Part shown: one piece after another, positions 1-10,379 of the stretch
How positions within the stretch are numbered: position 1 is the stretch's first letter
Layout of the letters: each line of letters starts with the position of its first letter
Origin: Methanomassiliicoccaceae archaeon
GTDB lineage: Archaea > Thermoplasmatota > Thermoplasmata > Methanomassiliicoccales > Methanomassiliicoccaceae
NCBI GenBank assembly: GCA_963728405.1
Contig: CAVSJV010000007.1
Coordinates: 32,001-96,000 of the forward strand
DNA length: 64,000 bases
Direction: 5' to 3'
Program-made: the position numbers and the translations under genes
The notes under the pieces: model-generated
Told to the model about the DNA's origin: nothing
The model's input: only the letters and a program-made list of their open reading frames with translations
Database searches by the model: none

Positions 1-212
1 ATCGAAGTGGGAGTCAGAAAGATTAAACCATGACGGCGAAGGATGAGAGAACCGATTTTCAGTTTTCGATCATTAACAGAACGGCCCGGAGTGGTAGTAA
101 GGGGCCCCGGTCTGTCTCGCACAAGTACGCCCTATCGATCACCATCGATGTGAAAGAGGCCATCTTTGGCCGATCGCAACACATGTCACCCCAGAGGGGG
201 TCGGTTTGGGTT

Positions 213-705
213 TCAGAGCGGCCAGATATGGTTCTCGTTCAGAACGAGCACGGTGAAGCTGAGCATCAGGGCCACGTAGAAGATGGTGAGGAAGGAGGAC
301 CGCACCAGGTAGCTCATCTGGCCGGCCCTCCTCGTGCATGTAGTTGTAGCCATGCAGGATGCCCGCCTGAAGGAGATATACCGCGTAGCCAAAGGTGATC
401 AGGGCGATGGCCTGGATGTTCCAGTTTCCTGCCACGGCGACGAGCGCTGCCACCCCAAATGCCAGGTTGGCGAACCCGACCTCGAACTGCCAGTTGGCGT
501 TCTCCCCTTTCCATCCCAGGCGTTCGGCGTCAGACTTGTGAAAGATCACATGGCCGATGAAACTTAGAACGCCGACCGCCCCTACCATCACCGTTGCAAT
601 GACCCGCAACGAAGAATCCACGTTCGGAAGCAAATATATCGCCAAGAATACGGCAACGGCTCCCAGTATCATCCTTCCGATACCGATCGTCCTCGCAACG
701 TTCAT
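213..705 (-). CDS. Small multi-pass membrane protein (DUF6790-like); one frameshift near 320
   Basis: Hydrophobic helices and a FQFEVGFANLAFG-type motif (NWQFEVGFANLAFG). The last TM helix continues in another frame to TGA at 213-215. Confidence 0.6.
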
Positions 706-865
706 GTGGAAAAATAATGGTTCTTATGTTATAATTGTTTAGATATAGAAATTTAGAAATGATATTCAAACCTTGCCAGATGGTGGATGGATCGGTCCAT
801 CTGTAGGCCTCTCGCCTCACCGGAGCTTACGAGGGCCCTGTGCCCTGGCCCAAGATAGCGATGGT

Positions 866-1110
866 CTAAGGCTTGAGCCCCCTCGCGAACTCCCTCGCGC
901 GGCCCAGGTCCTTCGCTTTCGGCCTCCCCTTGTTTATCCCGCCGAACAGTTTGGAGGGGCCGTAGGTGTCCCAGCCCTTGCAGGCAAAATCGTCCACCAC
1001 TTGGTATCCCTTCTCCTCTATGACCTTCCTCAGCTCAGCGCGATATCTGGCATTTCCGAACCCACTGGTGGAAATGATGAAGAGTTCTTTCTCGATCAGA
1101 CCATCGCCGA
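866..1110 (-). pseudogene. C-terminal fragment of a flavodoxin-family protein
   Basis: FIISTSG...LRKVIEEKGYQVVDDFACKGWDTYGPSKLFGGINKGRP...AREFA is a flavodoxin C-terminal half. The N-terminal FMN-binding loop is absent. Confidence 0.6.
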
Positions 1111-1235
1111 CGGTGGGGAGTCGCACCGCTGATGTGATAATCATGGAGGGTGGCTCATCAGCCGCACCGTGTGTTATCCCCACGCGCCCGCCTCCAATCG
1201 CATCAGGATGTTCGTCCTGAAAACCCATCGGATCT

Positions 1236-2021
1236 CTAGTACACCGCCCGGCGAAACAGGGCCAGGCTGGCGGAGAGGGTGATCAGCCCGATCACCACGA
1301 TGATCAGCAGCGCTTGACCGATGGCGTCCCATTCGAACCCTCGGATGATCAGGCCCTGCAACGCATTGGCGATGTAGGTGATGGGATTGACCGTCGCGAC
1401 AGCCTGCACCCACGTTGGTAGCAGCTGCTTGGGCATCACCGCGGTGGAGAGGAACAGCAGGGGGAAGGTGGTCAGCAGCCCTATGGACAAAGTGGTCTCC
1501 GTTTTCTTGGTGGCCAGTCCCACATAGAGCGAGATGCCCGACCAGGCGACGCCGAACGCCATCGCCAGGAAGAGTATAAGGAGGATGCCCAAGAACCCCG
1601 TGGCGATGTTCACCCCTACCAGCAGGGCCAACGCTATGATGATGGCCACCTGGAGCACGATGCTGACTCCATCGCTCAGCACCTTGCCCAACAAGATGGA
1701 CGATTTTTTAATGGGAGCTACCTTCATCTTGTCCAGATAGCCGCTCTCAATATCATTGACCATGCCTATGCCAGACTGTAATGCCGCCGATGCTACGGTC
1801 TGGATGATCACCGCGGCGGTGAAGAAGGTGATGTAGGACGAGGTCCCGGTGAGCTGGGCGAACCCGGGGAAACTGCCGATGGCCGAGAATGCCTGGGTGA
1901 ACAGGAGGAACCAGACCAATGGTTGAATCAGGGAGAAGAACAGGAAGATGGGCTGCCGCCGCAGCTTGATGATCCATCGTCGGAAGACGGTGTCGATCTC
2001 CGAGAACCGTTCCATGTTCAT
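1236..2021 (-). CDS. ABC-2 type transporter permease (DrrB-like)
   Basis: About 6 TM segments, 'NPITY' motif, overlaps the ABC ATPase gene. Confidence 0.9.
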   Translation of the reverse strand: MNMERFSEIDTVFRRWIIKLRRQPIFLFFSLIQPLVWFLLFTQAFSAIGSFPGFAQLTGTSSYITFFTAAVIIQTVASAALQSGIGMVNDIESGYLDKMKVAPIKKSSILLGKVLSDGVSIVLQVAIIIALALLVGVNIATGFLGILLILFLAMAFGVAWSGISLYVGLATKKTETTLSIGLLTTFPLLFLSTAVMPKQLLPTWVQAVATVNPITYIANALQGLIIRGFEWDAIGQALLIIVVIGLITLSASLALFRRAVY

Positions 2022-3043
2022 TGGTCTCGCCTCCTGCGACCCCAGCCCGTTCCTTTTTGGCCATCCTTCCTCTCGACCACCTTTAGGGTCTTTCCGGTCA
2101 GCTTGAGGAACACATCGTCCAGGGTGGGCGTGGCCAGGGTGAGCTTTTCCACCGCGATCCCCTGGTTATCCAGGCCTCTCACCACCTGGGGCATGGCCCG
2201 GGAACCATTGGGCACCACCAATACGAGGCCGTTCTCGCATAGATCGTCCGTGAGGCAATCCCTTACCTCCTTTACCTCGGGGATCTGACCGAGGATCTCC
2301 TTGGCCCGGGAGAGCACGGCGGGGTCCTCGCTCTTGAGATTGATCAGGATGGTGTCCGCGCCGATCTGCGATTTGAGCTCTTCAGCGACCCCCTCGGCGA
2401 CGATCTTCCCCTGATCGATGATGCACAGCCGGTCGGCCAAGCGGTCCGCCTCTTCCATATACTGGGTGGTCAGAAAGATGGTGGTCCCCTGGCGGTTCAA
2501 CAAACGGATGTAGTCCCATAGCTCATTGCGGCTCTTGGGGTCCAGCCCGGTGGTCGGTTCATCGAGAAAGAGCACCCTGGGGTCGGACACCAGCGCGGTG
2601 GCGAGGTCCAGGCGCTTTCTCATGCCGCCCGAGAAGGTGGAAAGCCTCCGGTCACCGGCGGCGACCAGGTCCACGGTCTTCAGCAGGTCCTCCGTTCTTT
2701 GGGTGGCCTGATCCTTCGACAGGTGATAATAGCGGGCCTGGATCCATAGATTCTCACGGGCGGTGAGGTCGTTATCGACCCCCACTTCCTGGGAGGCGTA
2801 GCCAATGATCCGCCTGATTGCCTCCGCATCATGATCGACATCGATGCCATCGATGGTGACGGTTCCAGCGGTCTTTTTTATCAGGGTCGTGAGTATCTTG
2901 ATGGTGGTGCACTTCCCCGCCCCGTTCGGTCCCAAGAAACCAAAGATCTCGCCTCTTCGGACGTTGAAGGCGATATCATCGACGGCGACGATGTCCGAGC
3001 CAAAGGTCTTTTGAAGGCCGGTGACCTTGATGATGTCGTCCAT
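2018..3043 (-). CDS. ABC transporter ATP-binding protein (DrrA-like)
   Basis: Walker A GPNGAGKC, signature FSGGM, Walker B LFLDEPTTGLDP. Confidence 0.95.
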   Translation of the reverse strand: MDDIIKVTGLQKTFGSDIVAVDDIAFNVRRGEIFGFLGPNGAGKCTTIKILTTLIKKTAGTVTIDGIDVDHDAEAIRRIIGYASQEVGVDNDLTARENLWIQARYYHLSKDQATQRTEDLLKTVDLVAAGDRRLSTFSGGMRKRLDLATALVSDPRVLFLDEPTTGLDPKSRNELWDYIRLLNRQGTTIFLTTQYMEEADRLADRLCIIDQGKIVAEGVAEELKSQIGADTILINLKSEDPAVLSRAKEILGQIPEVKEVRDCLTDDLCENGLVLVVPNGSRAMPQVVRGLDNQGIAVEKLTLATPTLDDVFLKLTGKTLKVVERKDGQKGTGWGRRRRDQ

Positions 3044-3322
3044 GGTCTCATCCCGTTCTAATGCATCGACTCAAGCGCTGAGGTTTCACGCCTGGCCGAG
3101 GAGCAGTGATATCGCTGGTCGATGATCCGGGGGCGTTCTCTCTGGCCGGGAGCATACTATCGACAATCGATGCATGCTATGGATATTAAAGAGTTAGCCT
3201 TTTTCATCATTCGGTCTCCTCCATCGCCGCCCTTCACGTATTCCTCACGGATCGAGACCCACCAGCCCCGATGCGGGAAGGAATAAATAGCGCCAGCCAG
3301 CCCAGTATATTGGTTGGTAAAA

Positions 3323-3709
3323 ATGGCCATGCACGAGCATCCCCACGAGGAGCTGGTGCTGGGATTGGAGGACCAATTCTCCCAGATCATGAGCGAATCA
3401 CCACAGGCCATCATCATCTACCTCGATGACCTCCATAAGATGTGCAACAGGAATTTCGCGGAAATGCTCGGGTATGGGTCTCCCGAAGAATGAGCGGAGA
3501 TGAATACCCCGGTCACCGACACCACCGCGGACACCAGGAACAACCCGATCACGGCGGTCATGGGGGCGTTGCAGGACAAGATCGCTTCGAGCACCCAGGT
3601 CTCGTGGAGAAGAAAGACCGGCGAGGTGGTCAGGACGAACCGCATCACCGTGCCTAGGTCCATCCGGGGACAGTCCTACGCCGTGCACTTCTTTACGGTC
3701 ATCGAGTGA
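3323..3709 (+). pseudogene. Small PAS-fold-like protein with in-frame TGA at 3491-3493
   Basis: MAMHEHPHEE...CNRNFAEMLGYGSPEE*AEMNTPV... reads in one frame through the stop. NxxFAEMLGY is PAS-like. Confidence 0.55.
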
Positions 3710-3958
3710 TCCACCGGCCGTTGGCAGGAAAAGAAGAACGACCCTGGGGTCGGAATGTTCGATGTTACGAACAGGGCCGCTTAATAACGAAAGTATATAT
3801 TAGGATGGAATAAAAGGTAGTGATGCCTAGGTGTACAAAGGGGATAGGCTCGCCGCATGGCGAGGGCAGTGAGAGGTCCCGGACCAAGAGAACCGGTCGA
3901 ACGCGGCCCCCATGCCGCGGCGATCCTCGAGGTGTTCCGCAGCGGGATGAACAAAGCG

Positions 3959-5027
3959 ATGGCGAACGGACAGGACCGATCTCTCCTCACAGTAGTTCTG
4001 GTGGTGGCCGGCCATGGTCGTGGTGCTGGCGGGACTCAAGTTCGGCTCTATCGTCCTGGGCCCCATCTTCCTCTCGGTGTTCTTTGCCATGATATTGGCC
4101 CCGGTGCTGAAGTGGTTCACTCGCCGGGGGATGCCCACCGGCGGGCCCTGGTGCTCACGATGTTCATCGTCGTCGTCCTGGGAGTGGCGGTGATCGCATT
4201 TCTCGTCCTTACCCTGATCGGACTGAAGGACCAATATCCAGCTACGAGAGCGCTTCGCCCAGACCGCTGACCAGTATCGCTCTCTCTTCCAGATCATTAG
4301 CTTCCAATGTCCGGCTAACCCAGGTCACCACGATCCTCATCGACGGCGTGTTCGTCCTCTTCGCCACGCTCTTCCTGCTGATGGAGCTTCCACGGATTCC
4401 ATGCGAGCATGGTGGCCCGGCTGGGCGTCGACCATGTGGTGGTCGGGGCACGGAGGAACTGTACCACGATATCATCGATTACTTCATAGTCCGGATAAAG
4501 ATCAATTTCTATATCAGCATAGGGGCCGTCGCGGTGCTTTTGGTGCTGGGGATAGCCCTATGCGCTCCTATGGGGACTGATGGCCTTCGCGCTGAGCTTC
4601 GTACCTTACATAGGCTATCTGATGGCGGCCATCCCGCCGATCCTCTAGCGTGGGTCCAGTATGGCTGATGGGAGCGGTGGCGGTCCTCTTGCTCTATGGC
4701 CTCATCAATGTCATCGCCGAGAACCTTATCTTCCCACAGCTGGCGGGTAAGGTGCTGGCCGTCCCCATATATGTGGTGTTCGTCTCTGTCTTCTTCTGGG
4801 GGTGGGTCCTGGGTTTGTCCGGCGTCCTCATGGCCGTTCCGTTGACCATGGCCGCGATGATATTCTTCGGCAGTTCGAGGAAACGGCATGGCTGGTCCCC
4901 TTCTTCAGGGGGGGGCGGACAAAGAGGAGAAGAAAAGCCTGCTCTGGAGGAGGGCCCCCTAGATGCCACCCCACCCTATGGTCCTGGCGTGGGTTCTACT
5001 GGGGCCTTTCTATATATTTCCGGATGA
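3959..5027 (+). pseudogene. AI-2E (PerM) family transporter, fragmented by several frameshifts and apparent deletions
   Basis: ENLIFPQLAG...FFWGWVLGLSGVLMAVPLT is the AI-2E C-terminal motif. The pieces lie in several frames. Confidence 0.75.
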
Positions 5028-5030
5028 GAA

Positions 5031-5225
5031 GATGTGCAATTGACATCCAATTCGAGAGTTTTGCGCGATCGTTTCACTTATGCGTGAGAGTTGACATTGA
5101 AATTGACCAAATTACTTGATATAATTAGATATATGTCTAGAAAAGCGATGGAGCTTGTCAATTTTTAACTAGATGATGGAGTTTGGTAATGGTATTAGAC
5201 AATTGCACAATAATATATAAGTTCC
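5031..5225 (+). promoter_or_regulatory. AT-rich promoter region of the glutamate-synthase-like operon with repeated CAATTG(A/C)C motifs
   Basis: Near-palindrome GATGTGCAATTGACATC (5031-5047), inverted copy GACAATTGCAC (5198-5208), TATA-like AATATATAA (about 5212-5220). Confidence 0.45.
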
Positions 5226-5516
5226 AATTCGACAATGCGGGCTACCAAACCGACCCACGGTACTGAAGGTTGAAGCCCGCCTCGGGGGTCTCGCGGGCAA
5301 CACGAAGGCCGTGCCGGAATGAGCGATCCGTCGCAGGAGGGGGCCCGTAAAGGCTCTCGTGAACGTTCTGGAAACCGATCGCTTTCATTTCTGGCATGTC
5401 TTCTGCAATCTGGAAAGTCGCGCATGACATGTACGACTTCCTCGGTATCGTTCACTGTTCGAGGGGACCGCTAGAACAGAGCAGTACGCATGTACATTTA
5501 CAAGGAGGATGTCAGT

Positions 5517-7515
5517 ATGAACGCCGCTTCATCTGACCAGGTCAACACCCCTGAGAATGCAAGATCGCCCGATCCGTGGAAGGTCCATCAGAACGCCAAG
5601 GACCTATTCCCTGAGCACGATGAGGCGCTTCAAGGCAAGCTCGCCAAAGAGATCGCCTCATTGAATATTCCTGACCTAAGGATCCTTTCAGCCATAGGGG
5701 CGAAGTCCCTTTATGCGCGCGACCAGGCGGACGTGCCGGAAATGATGAAGTCGGTATTGTTCGATTCCATGCCCGACGTCGTCGTTCAGCCATTCTCGAT
5801 CGATGCCATCCAGAAAGTTATGGGATATGCAACGGCGAACAAGGTCCCCGTGATCGTTCGAGGGGCCGGTTCTTCACCCTTCGGTGGCTCCATGCCCGTG
5901 ACGGGCGGCATCGTCCTGGACATGAACACACTGGACCAGATATTGGAATTTGATGCGGCCAGCGCTACGGTCAAAGTGCAGGCGGGCATGCGCTGGGCAG
6001 ATCTCGAGTGGTTCCTCGAGAAGGAAGATCTGAGCGTACGTTCATCGCCGTCGAGCAGGTTCTCCACCGTCGGTGGCTGGGTCGCCGCGGGAGGTATCGG
6101 TATAGGCAGCGTTTCCGCTGGAAGACTGATCGCATCGGTGACCTCCCTAGATATCGTGACCGCACCAGGCGATGTAAGGACCATAGCCCCCGGAGACCCG
6201 CTGTTCAAGCCGCTGTTCGGAAGCGAAGGGCAGGTCGCGGTCATCGCAGCCGTCACTCTAAAGCTCAAGCAGAGACCGTCCCTGACAGTTCCCCAAGCTG
6301 GTCTTCTTCACCGATCATGCCTCGGCCATGGATTATGCTATCAGCCTGGCCACGGCGGAAAAGAAGCCACTAGACCTGACCTACTACAGCCCGGCCAAGT
6401 TCAAGAGGTTCAATCAGGTGCTCCATCGCGAGGACTATCCAGAGGCCCACGGCCTCCTGATCACCTATGAGGGCGAGAAGGACCCCGCGATCGGTGCGGT
6501 CCCTCTGCCGAAGTCGGCGAAGGTCGCCCAACCTTATCTCTCCCACCTGATGTGCAACGAGCGGTACTTCCCCATGAAGTTCAGGAAGCTCGGTCCGGGC
6601 CTCATGGGCTCGGAGGTCCTGGCCCCGAAGGCCAACATGTCCAAGATCGTTGGTAAGGCGTTAGAGATCTGCGAAAGGCACCAGATCGAGCCGATGCTGG
6701 AGATACATTTCCTGGACAACGGGGATGGGATGCTCCTGTGCTACTACATCACCGACCAGGCTCGGCAGCTGAAGTATATGATGGACTCGTTCCGGGGGCT
6801 CCTGATCAGCAAGGCCCTGTACGACGAGGGGGCCAAACCTTACTCGTTCGGCGTGTGGAACCATTCCTTCATAGATCAGGGCGACCCTCAAGAGATGGCG
6901 GAGCTGGCCCATGCCAAGAAGGAACTCGATCCTAAGAACATCATGAACCGCGGCAAGTATCCTCGCCTGGGTGGTAAGCTGGGCGGCCTGCCGGCGGCAT
7001 TGTTCAGCCCCGGGGTCCTCGGTTCGGCATTGAGGGCGGTCAACACCTTGGGCTCGATCTCTGCTGTCGGGATCAAGGCCATCGCCTCAGGGGAACTGAT
7101 GGTCAGGAAGAACGATGACATCCTCCTCTCCGCTGCGGACGAGTGCGCCATGTGCGGGGCTTGTGTAGGGGTCTGCCCGGCCTACTTGATAACCAAGGAC
7201 GAGCGCGTCACGGCGAGAGGCAAGCTCCTCACCGCCCGACAGATGGCCAAGGGCGAAGGAGTGAGCAAGGAGCACGCCCACATCACTTTCCTGTGCATGC
7301 GCTGCAAGGCCTGCGAGCAGGTATGCCAATCGAAGCTGTCCCTGGTGCCATTATATGATGAGCTGGAGAAGAGGCTGGCCGCGAAGTATGGCAAGGACGA
7401 CGAACAGGTCAAGCGCTTCATCGAACTGGCCGAGAACTCCGCTCAATACGACGCCCTGGTGGACCGGGGATTGGTGCTCGGCGCTGCCGGCAAGAACGTG
7501 GAAGGAGGCGAATAA
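5517..7515 (+). CDS. FAD-linked oxidase (GlcD/D-lactate dehydrogenase-like) with C-terminal 4Fe-4S dicluster; frameshift near 6300
   Basis: FAD_binding_4 motifs (VRGAGSSPFGGSMP, STVGGWVA, GSEG), DPKNIMNRGK, CAMCGACVGVCP and CMRCKACEQVC. SD AGGAGG upstream. Confidence 0.85.
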
Positions 7516-7516
7516 G

Positions 7517-8878
7517 ATGTACCATCACTATCACATTCCCAAGAAGGAGCTCCCCCAGCCCCCAAAGCCGTTCGGCAAGATGGCGGTGGTCCGGAGCGAC
7601 CGATGCATGAACTGCGGGCGTTGCGTTGATGCCTGTGTCTACACCGTGCACGAGCGGTCGCCGACCGACCCGCGCCTGATGGCCGAACCGAAGAACCACC
7701 TGTGCAAGAACTGCCTGAGATGCGTGGAGACCTGCCCCCAGAGGGCGCTGACGGTAAAGCTCTCACCAGAATACCAGGCGCTCGGGGAAGGGATCTGGAC
7801 GCCGACCCGCGTGTCGACCATCTGGAACGAATCCCAGACCGGAAAGCTGCCCGTGTTCGGTGCCGGGTACCGCGGCATGTTCGCCGGTCCTGGCTACGAT
7901 TCGATGTGGACGGACATGTCCGAGATCGTACGGCCGACCAGGGATGGCATTCACGGCAGGGAGTACATATCGACCACCGTGGACCTGGGGCCTCGGGTCG
8001 ATCATCTGGAGTTCGATCCTTCCGGCAAACTGCTCACCAAGATGCCCAAGTTCGTCGAGGTGCCGTTGCCTATGCTCATGGACGTCAGTCGGCTCCCCGA
8101 CCTGGTCTCCGCCCCCTTCGAGGGACTTATCAAGGCGGCTAGCACCCTGGGAACCGTCCTTTTCTTCCCCGCGGAAGCAAAGATCCCGGAAGGCATCGGC
8201 GAGGCCAGCCAATGCCTGGCCCCGGTGTTCTCGCCCCGAAATACGGCGGCCCCCACGGTCCGGTCCCCGAAGATCGTGGAGTTGGAGCTGTCCTTGGATT
8301 GGAAGAACGACCTGGCGTCCCTGAGGTCCCGGTTCCCCGACTCCATCATCGGCGTCCGGGTCGAGGTCACGGAACGGATCGAGGAGATGGCAATAGATCT
8401 CGTCACCGCGGGGGTGGACATATTGCATCTACTGTACGATGAACAGGGTCGGGAGAAAGGGACCGGGCGTCTTGCCAAGGACTCCCTGCTCTCGATCAAC
8501 AAGGCACTGGCCCAGAGATCACTGCGTGAGTCCGTCAGCATACTATCGGCAGGAGGCCTCGCGGCGGCCGAGCATGTGCCCAAGAGCGTCATCTGTGGGG
8601 CCGACGCCGTGGTCCTGGAACAGGCGTTAAAGGTAGCTCTGGGCTGCCATGCCGGACCCACCTGCACAGTATGCCCCATGAACAACGGGAACATCACCAC
8701 CGATTTCGCCTACTGGAGGGTTGTTAACATGATCGGCGCGTGGAGGGACCAGCTGTTAGAGGTCATGGGCGCGATGGGAATTAGGGAAGCGAGGCGCCTG
8801 CGCGGGGAGACCGGCCGGGCGATATTCTACGAGGACGCGGAGAAGGATGCCTTTGCCAACATTCAGGGAGGTGCCTGA
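7517..8878 (+). CDS. Glutamate synthase-related protein: ferredoxin plus divergent FMN-binding barrel
   Basis: CMNCGRCVDAC/CKNCLRCVETCP, TDMSEIVRPTRDGIHGREYIST, AEHVPKSVICGADAV, GAMGIREARRLRGE. Confidence 0.85.
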   Translation: MYHHYHIPKKELPQPPKPFGKMAVVRSDRCMNCGRCVDACVYTVHERSPTDPRLMAEPKNHLCKNCLRCVETCPQRALTVKLSPEYQALGEGIWTPTRVSTIWNESQTGKLPVFGAGYRGMFAGPGYDSMWTDMSEIVRPTRDGIHGREYISTTVDLGPRVDHLEFDPSGKLLTKMPKFVEVPLPMLMDVSRLPDLVSAPFEGLIKAASTLGTVLFFPAEAKIPEGIGEASQCLAPVFSPRNTAAPTVRSPKIVELELSLDWKNDLASLRSRFPDSIIGVRVEVTERIEEMAIDLVTAGVDILHLLYDEQGREKGTGRLAKDSLLSINKALAQRSLRESVSILSAGGLAAAEHVPKSVICGADAVVLEQALKVALGCHAGPTCTVCPMNNGNITTDFAYWRVVNMIGAWRDQLLEVMGAMGIREARRLRGETGRAIFYEDAEKDAFANIQGGA

Positions 8879-8879
8879 G

Positions 8880-10379
8880 ATGTGCGCTGTGTCAACGCCG
8901 ATCGTGGACGAGGGTTTCGACCAGGTGCCGTCCCGCCTGCTGCAGAGGATGAGCCGGTACAGCGTTACCAGGGCCGAGAGCTGCATCAACTGCGGCCTCT
9001 GTGCATCCCTATGTCCATATGGTGTGCACAAGCGGATCGAGGGCCACATCAAAATGCTCATACCGGCCGAAGCCCGTTGCATCGGTGCGAGCTGCTCGTC
9101 GAACGCTTTCTACTGTGTCAAGAATTGTCCGACCCAATCGCTGCAGCTCGCACCTAACCCCATCTTCGCCAGCATGGGCGATCCCAGATGGACCCCCGAC
9201 ATGATACTGGCGACCTGGGGACAGGCGGAGACCGGTCAGCCCATATCGCTGGACCATTTCACCCAGACGGGCAATTGCGGAGGCGGGTTCGATCGGATCA
9301 AGTTCCCGCTGCCGCCGATGAGGGGCAACTTCGAACCTGAAGAGATCTCCACGGCCATCGATCTCAACCACCGGAAGACTGGCCAGAAGATCAAGATCGA
9401 CATACCTGTCTACGGTGGGGGTATGTCGTTCGGTTCGATCAGCAAGCGGACCATGATCGCCCGGGCCATGACCGCCAAGGAATGGAACACCTTCACCTGC
9501 ACCGGGGAGGGCGGTTATCCGGACATCCTGGTCCCGTACAAGGAGCATGTCATCACCCAGATCGCCACCGGCCTTTTCGGTGTCCGGGAGGAGACCATCA
9601 AGCGCGCCCCGATAGTCGAGTTCAAATACGCTCAAGGGGCCAAGCCCGGTCTGGGGGGCCATCTACTTTATGAGAAGAACACCCCCGAGGTGGCCAAGAT
9701 GAGGGAGGCGGTGCCATACACCAGCCTGTTCTCTCCCTTCCCGTTCCACAGCGTCTACTCGGTCGAGGACCACAAGAAGCACCTCGACTGGATACACTCG
9801 ATAAATCCGAGAGCGTTATTGTCGGTCAAGGTGTCCACGCCCAACGACGTGGAGATGGTAGTGGTAGGGAGCTACTATGCGGGCGCCAACATCGTCCACC
9901 TGGACGGAGGCTACGGCGGCACCGGGGCCGCTCCGGAGATCGCCAAGAAGAACATCGCCCAGCCGATAGAGTACGCCATCCCCAAGGTGCACCGCTTCCT
10001 GGAGAAGGAGGGGATCAGAGAGGAGGTGACGCTTATTGCCAGCGGCGGCATGCGGACCGCCATGGACATCGCCAAGGCGATCGCCCTGGGCGCGGACGGC
10101 GTCGTCATCGGCACCGCCGAGATGGTGGCGATGGGCTGCGTCCGGTGCGCGAACTGTGAGAGCGGCCGCGGCTGCCCCCGCGGGATCGCCACCACTGACA
10201 AGGAGCTCGAACTGCAGAACGAGATACCGACCCAGGCAAGGAGGCTCTCTAACCTCTACCGCTCCTGGCAGATGCAGTGGAAGGAACTGCTCCACCGGCT
10301 GGAGATGAAGGACATAAGGGAGCTGAGGGGCCGCATGGACCTGCTCCGTTACGATGGTGTCCCCGGGAGGCTGAAGTAA
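8880..10379 (+). CDS. Glutamate synthase FMN-binding (synthase) subunit with N-terminal ferredoxin
   Basis: GGMSFGS, TGEGG, AQGAKPGLGGHL, DGGYGGTGAA, ASGG, CVRCANCESGRGCPRGIAT. Confidence 0.92.
   Translation: MCAVSTPIVDEGFDQVPSRLLQRMSRYSVTRAESCINCGLCASLCPYGVHKRIEGHIKMLIPAEARCIGASCSSNAFYCVKNCPTQSLQLAPNPIFASMGDPRWTPDMILATWGQAETGQPISLDHFTQTGNCGGGFDRIKFPLPPMRGNFEPEEISTAIDLNHRKTGQKIKIDIPVYGGGMSFGSISKRTMIARAMTAKEWNTFTCTGEGGYPDILVPYKEHVITQIATGLFGVREETIKRAPIVEFKYAQGAKPGLGGHLLYEKNTPEVAKMREAVPYTSLFSPFPFHSVYSVEDHKKHLDWIHSINPRALLSVKVSTPNDVEMVVVGSYYAGANIVHLDGGYGGTGAAPEIAKKNIAQPIEYAIPKVHRFLEKEGIREEVTLIASGGMRTAMDIAKAIALGADGVVIGTAEMVAMGCVRCANCESGRGCPRGIATTDKELELQNEIPTQARRLSNLYRSWQMQWKELLHRLEMKDIRELRGRMDLLRYDGVPGRLK

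Noticed and set aside
3491-3493. In-frame TGA as possible selenocysteine or recoding
   Set aside because: The context suggests Trp (TGG to TGA), no redox motif is present, and neighbouring genes are decayed. Nonsense mutation or base-call error is more likely.
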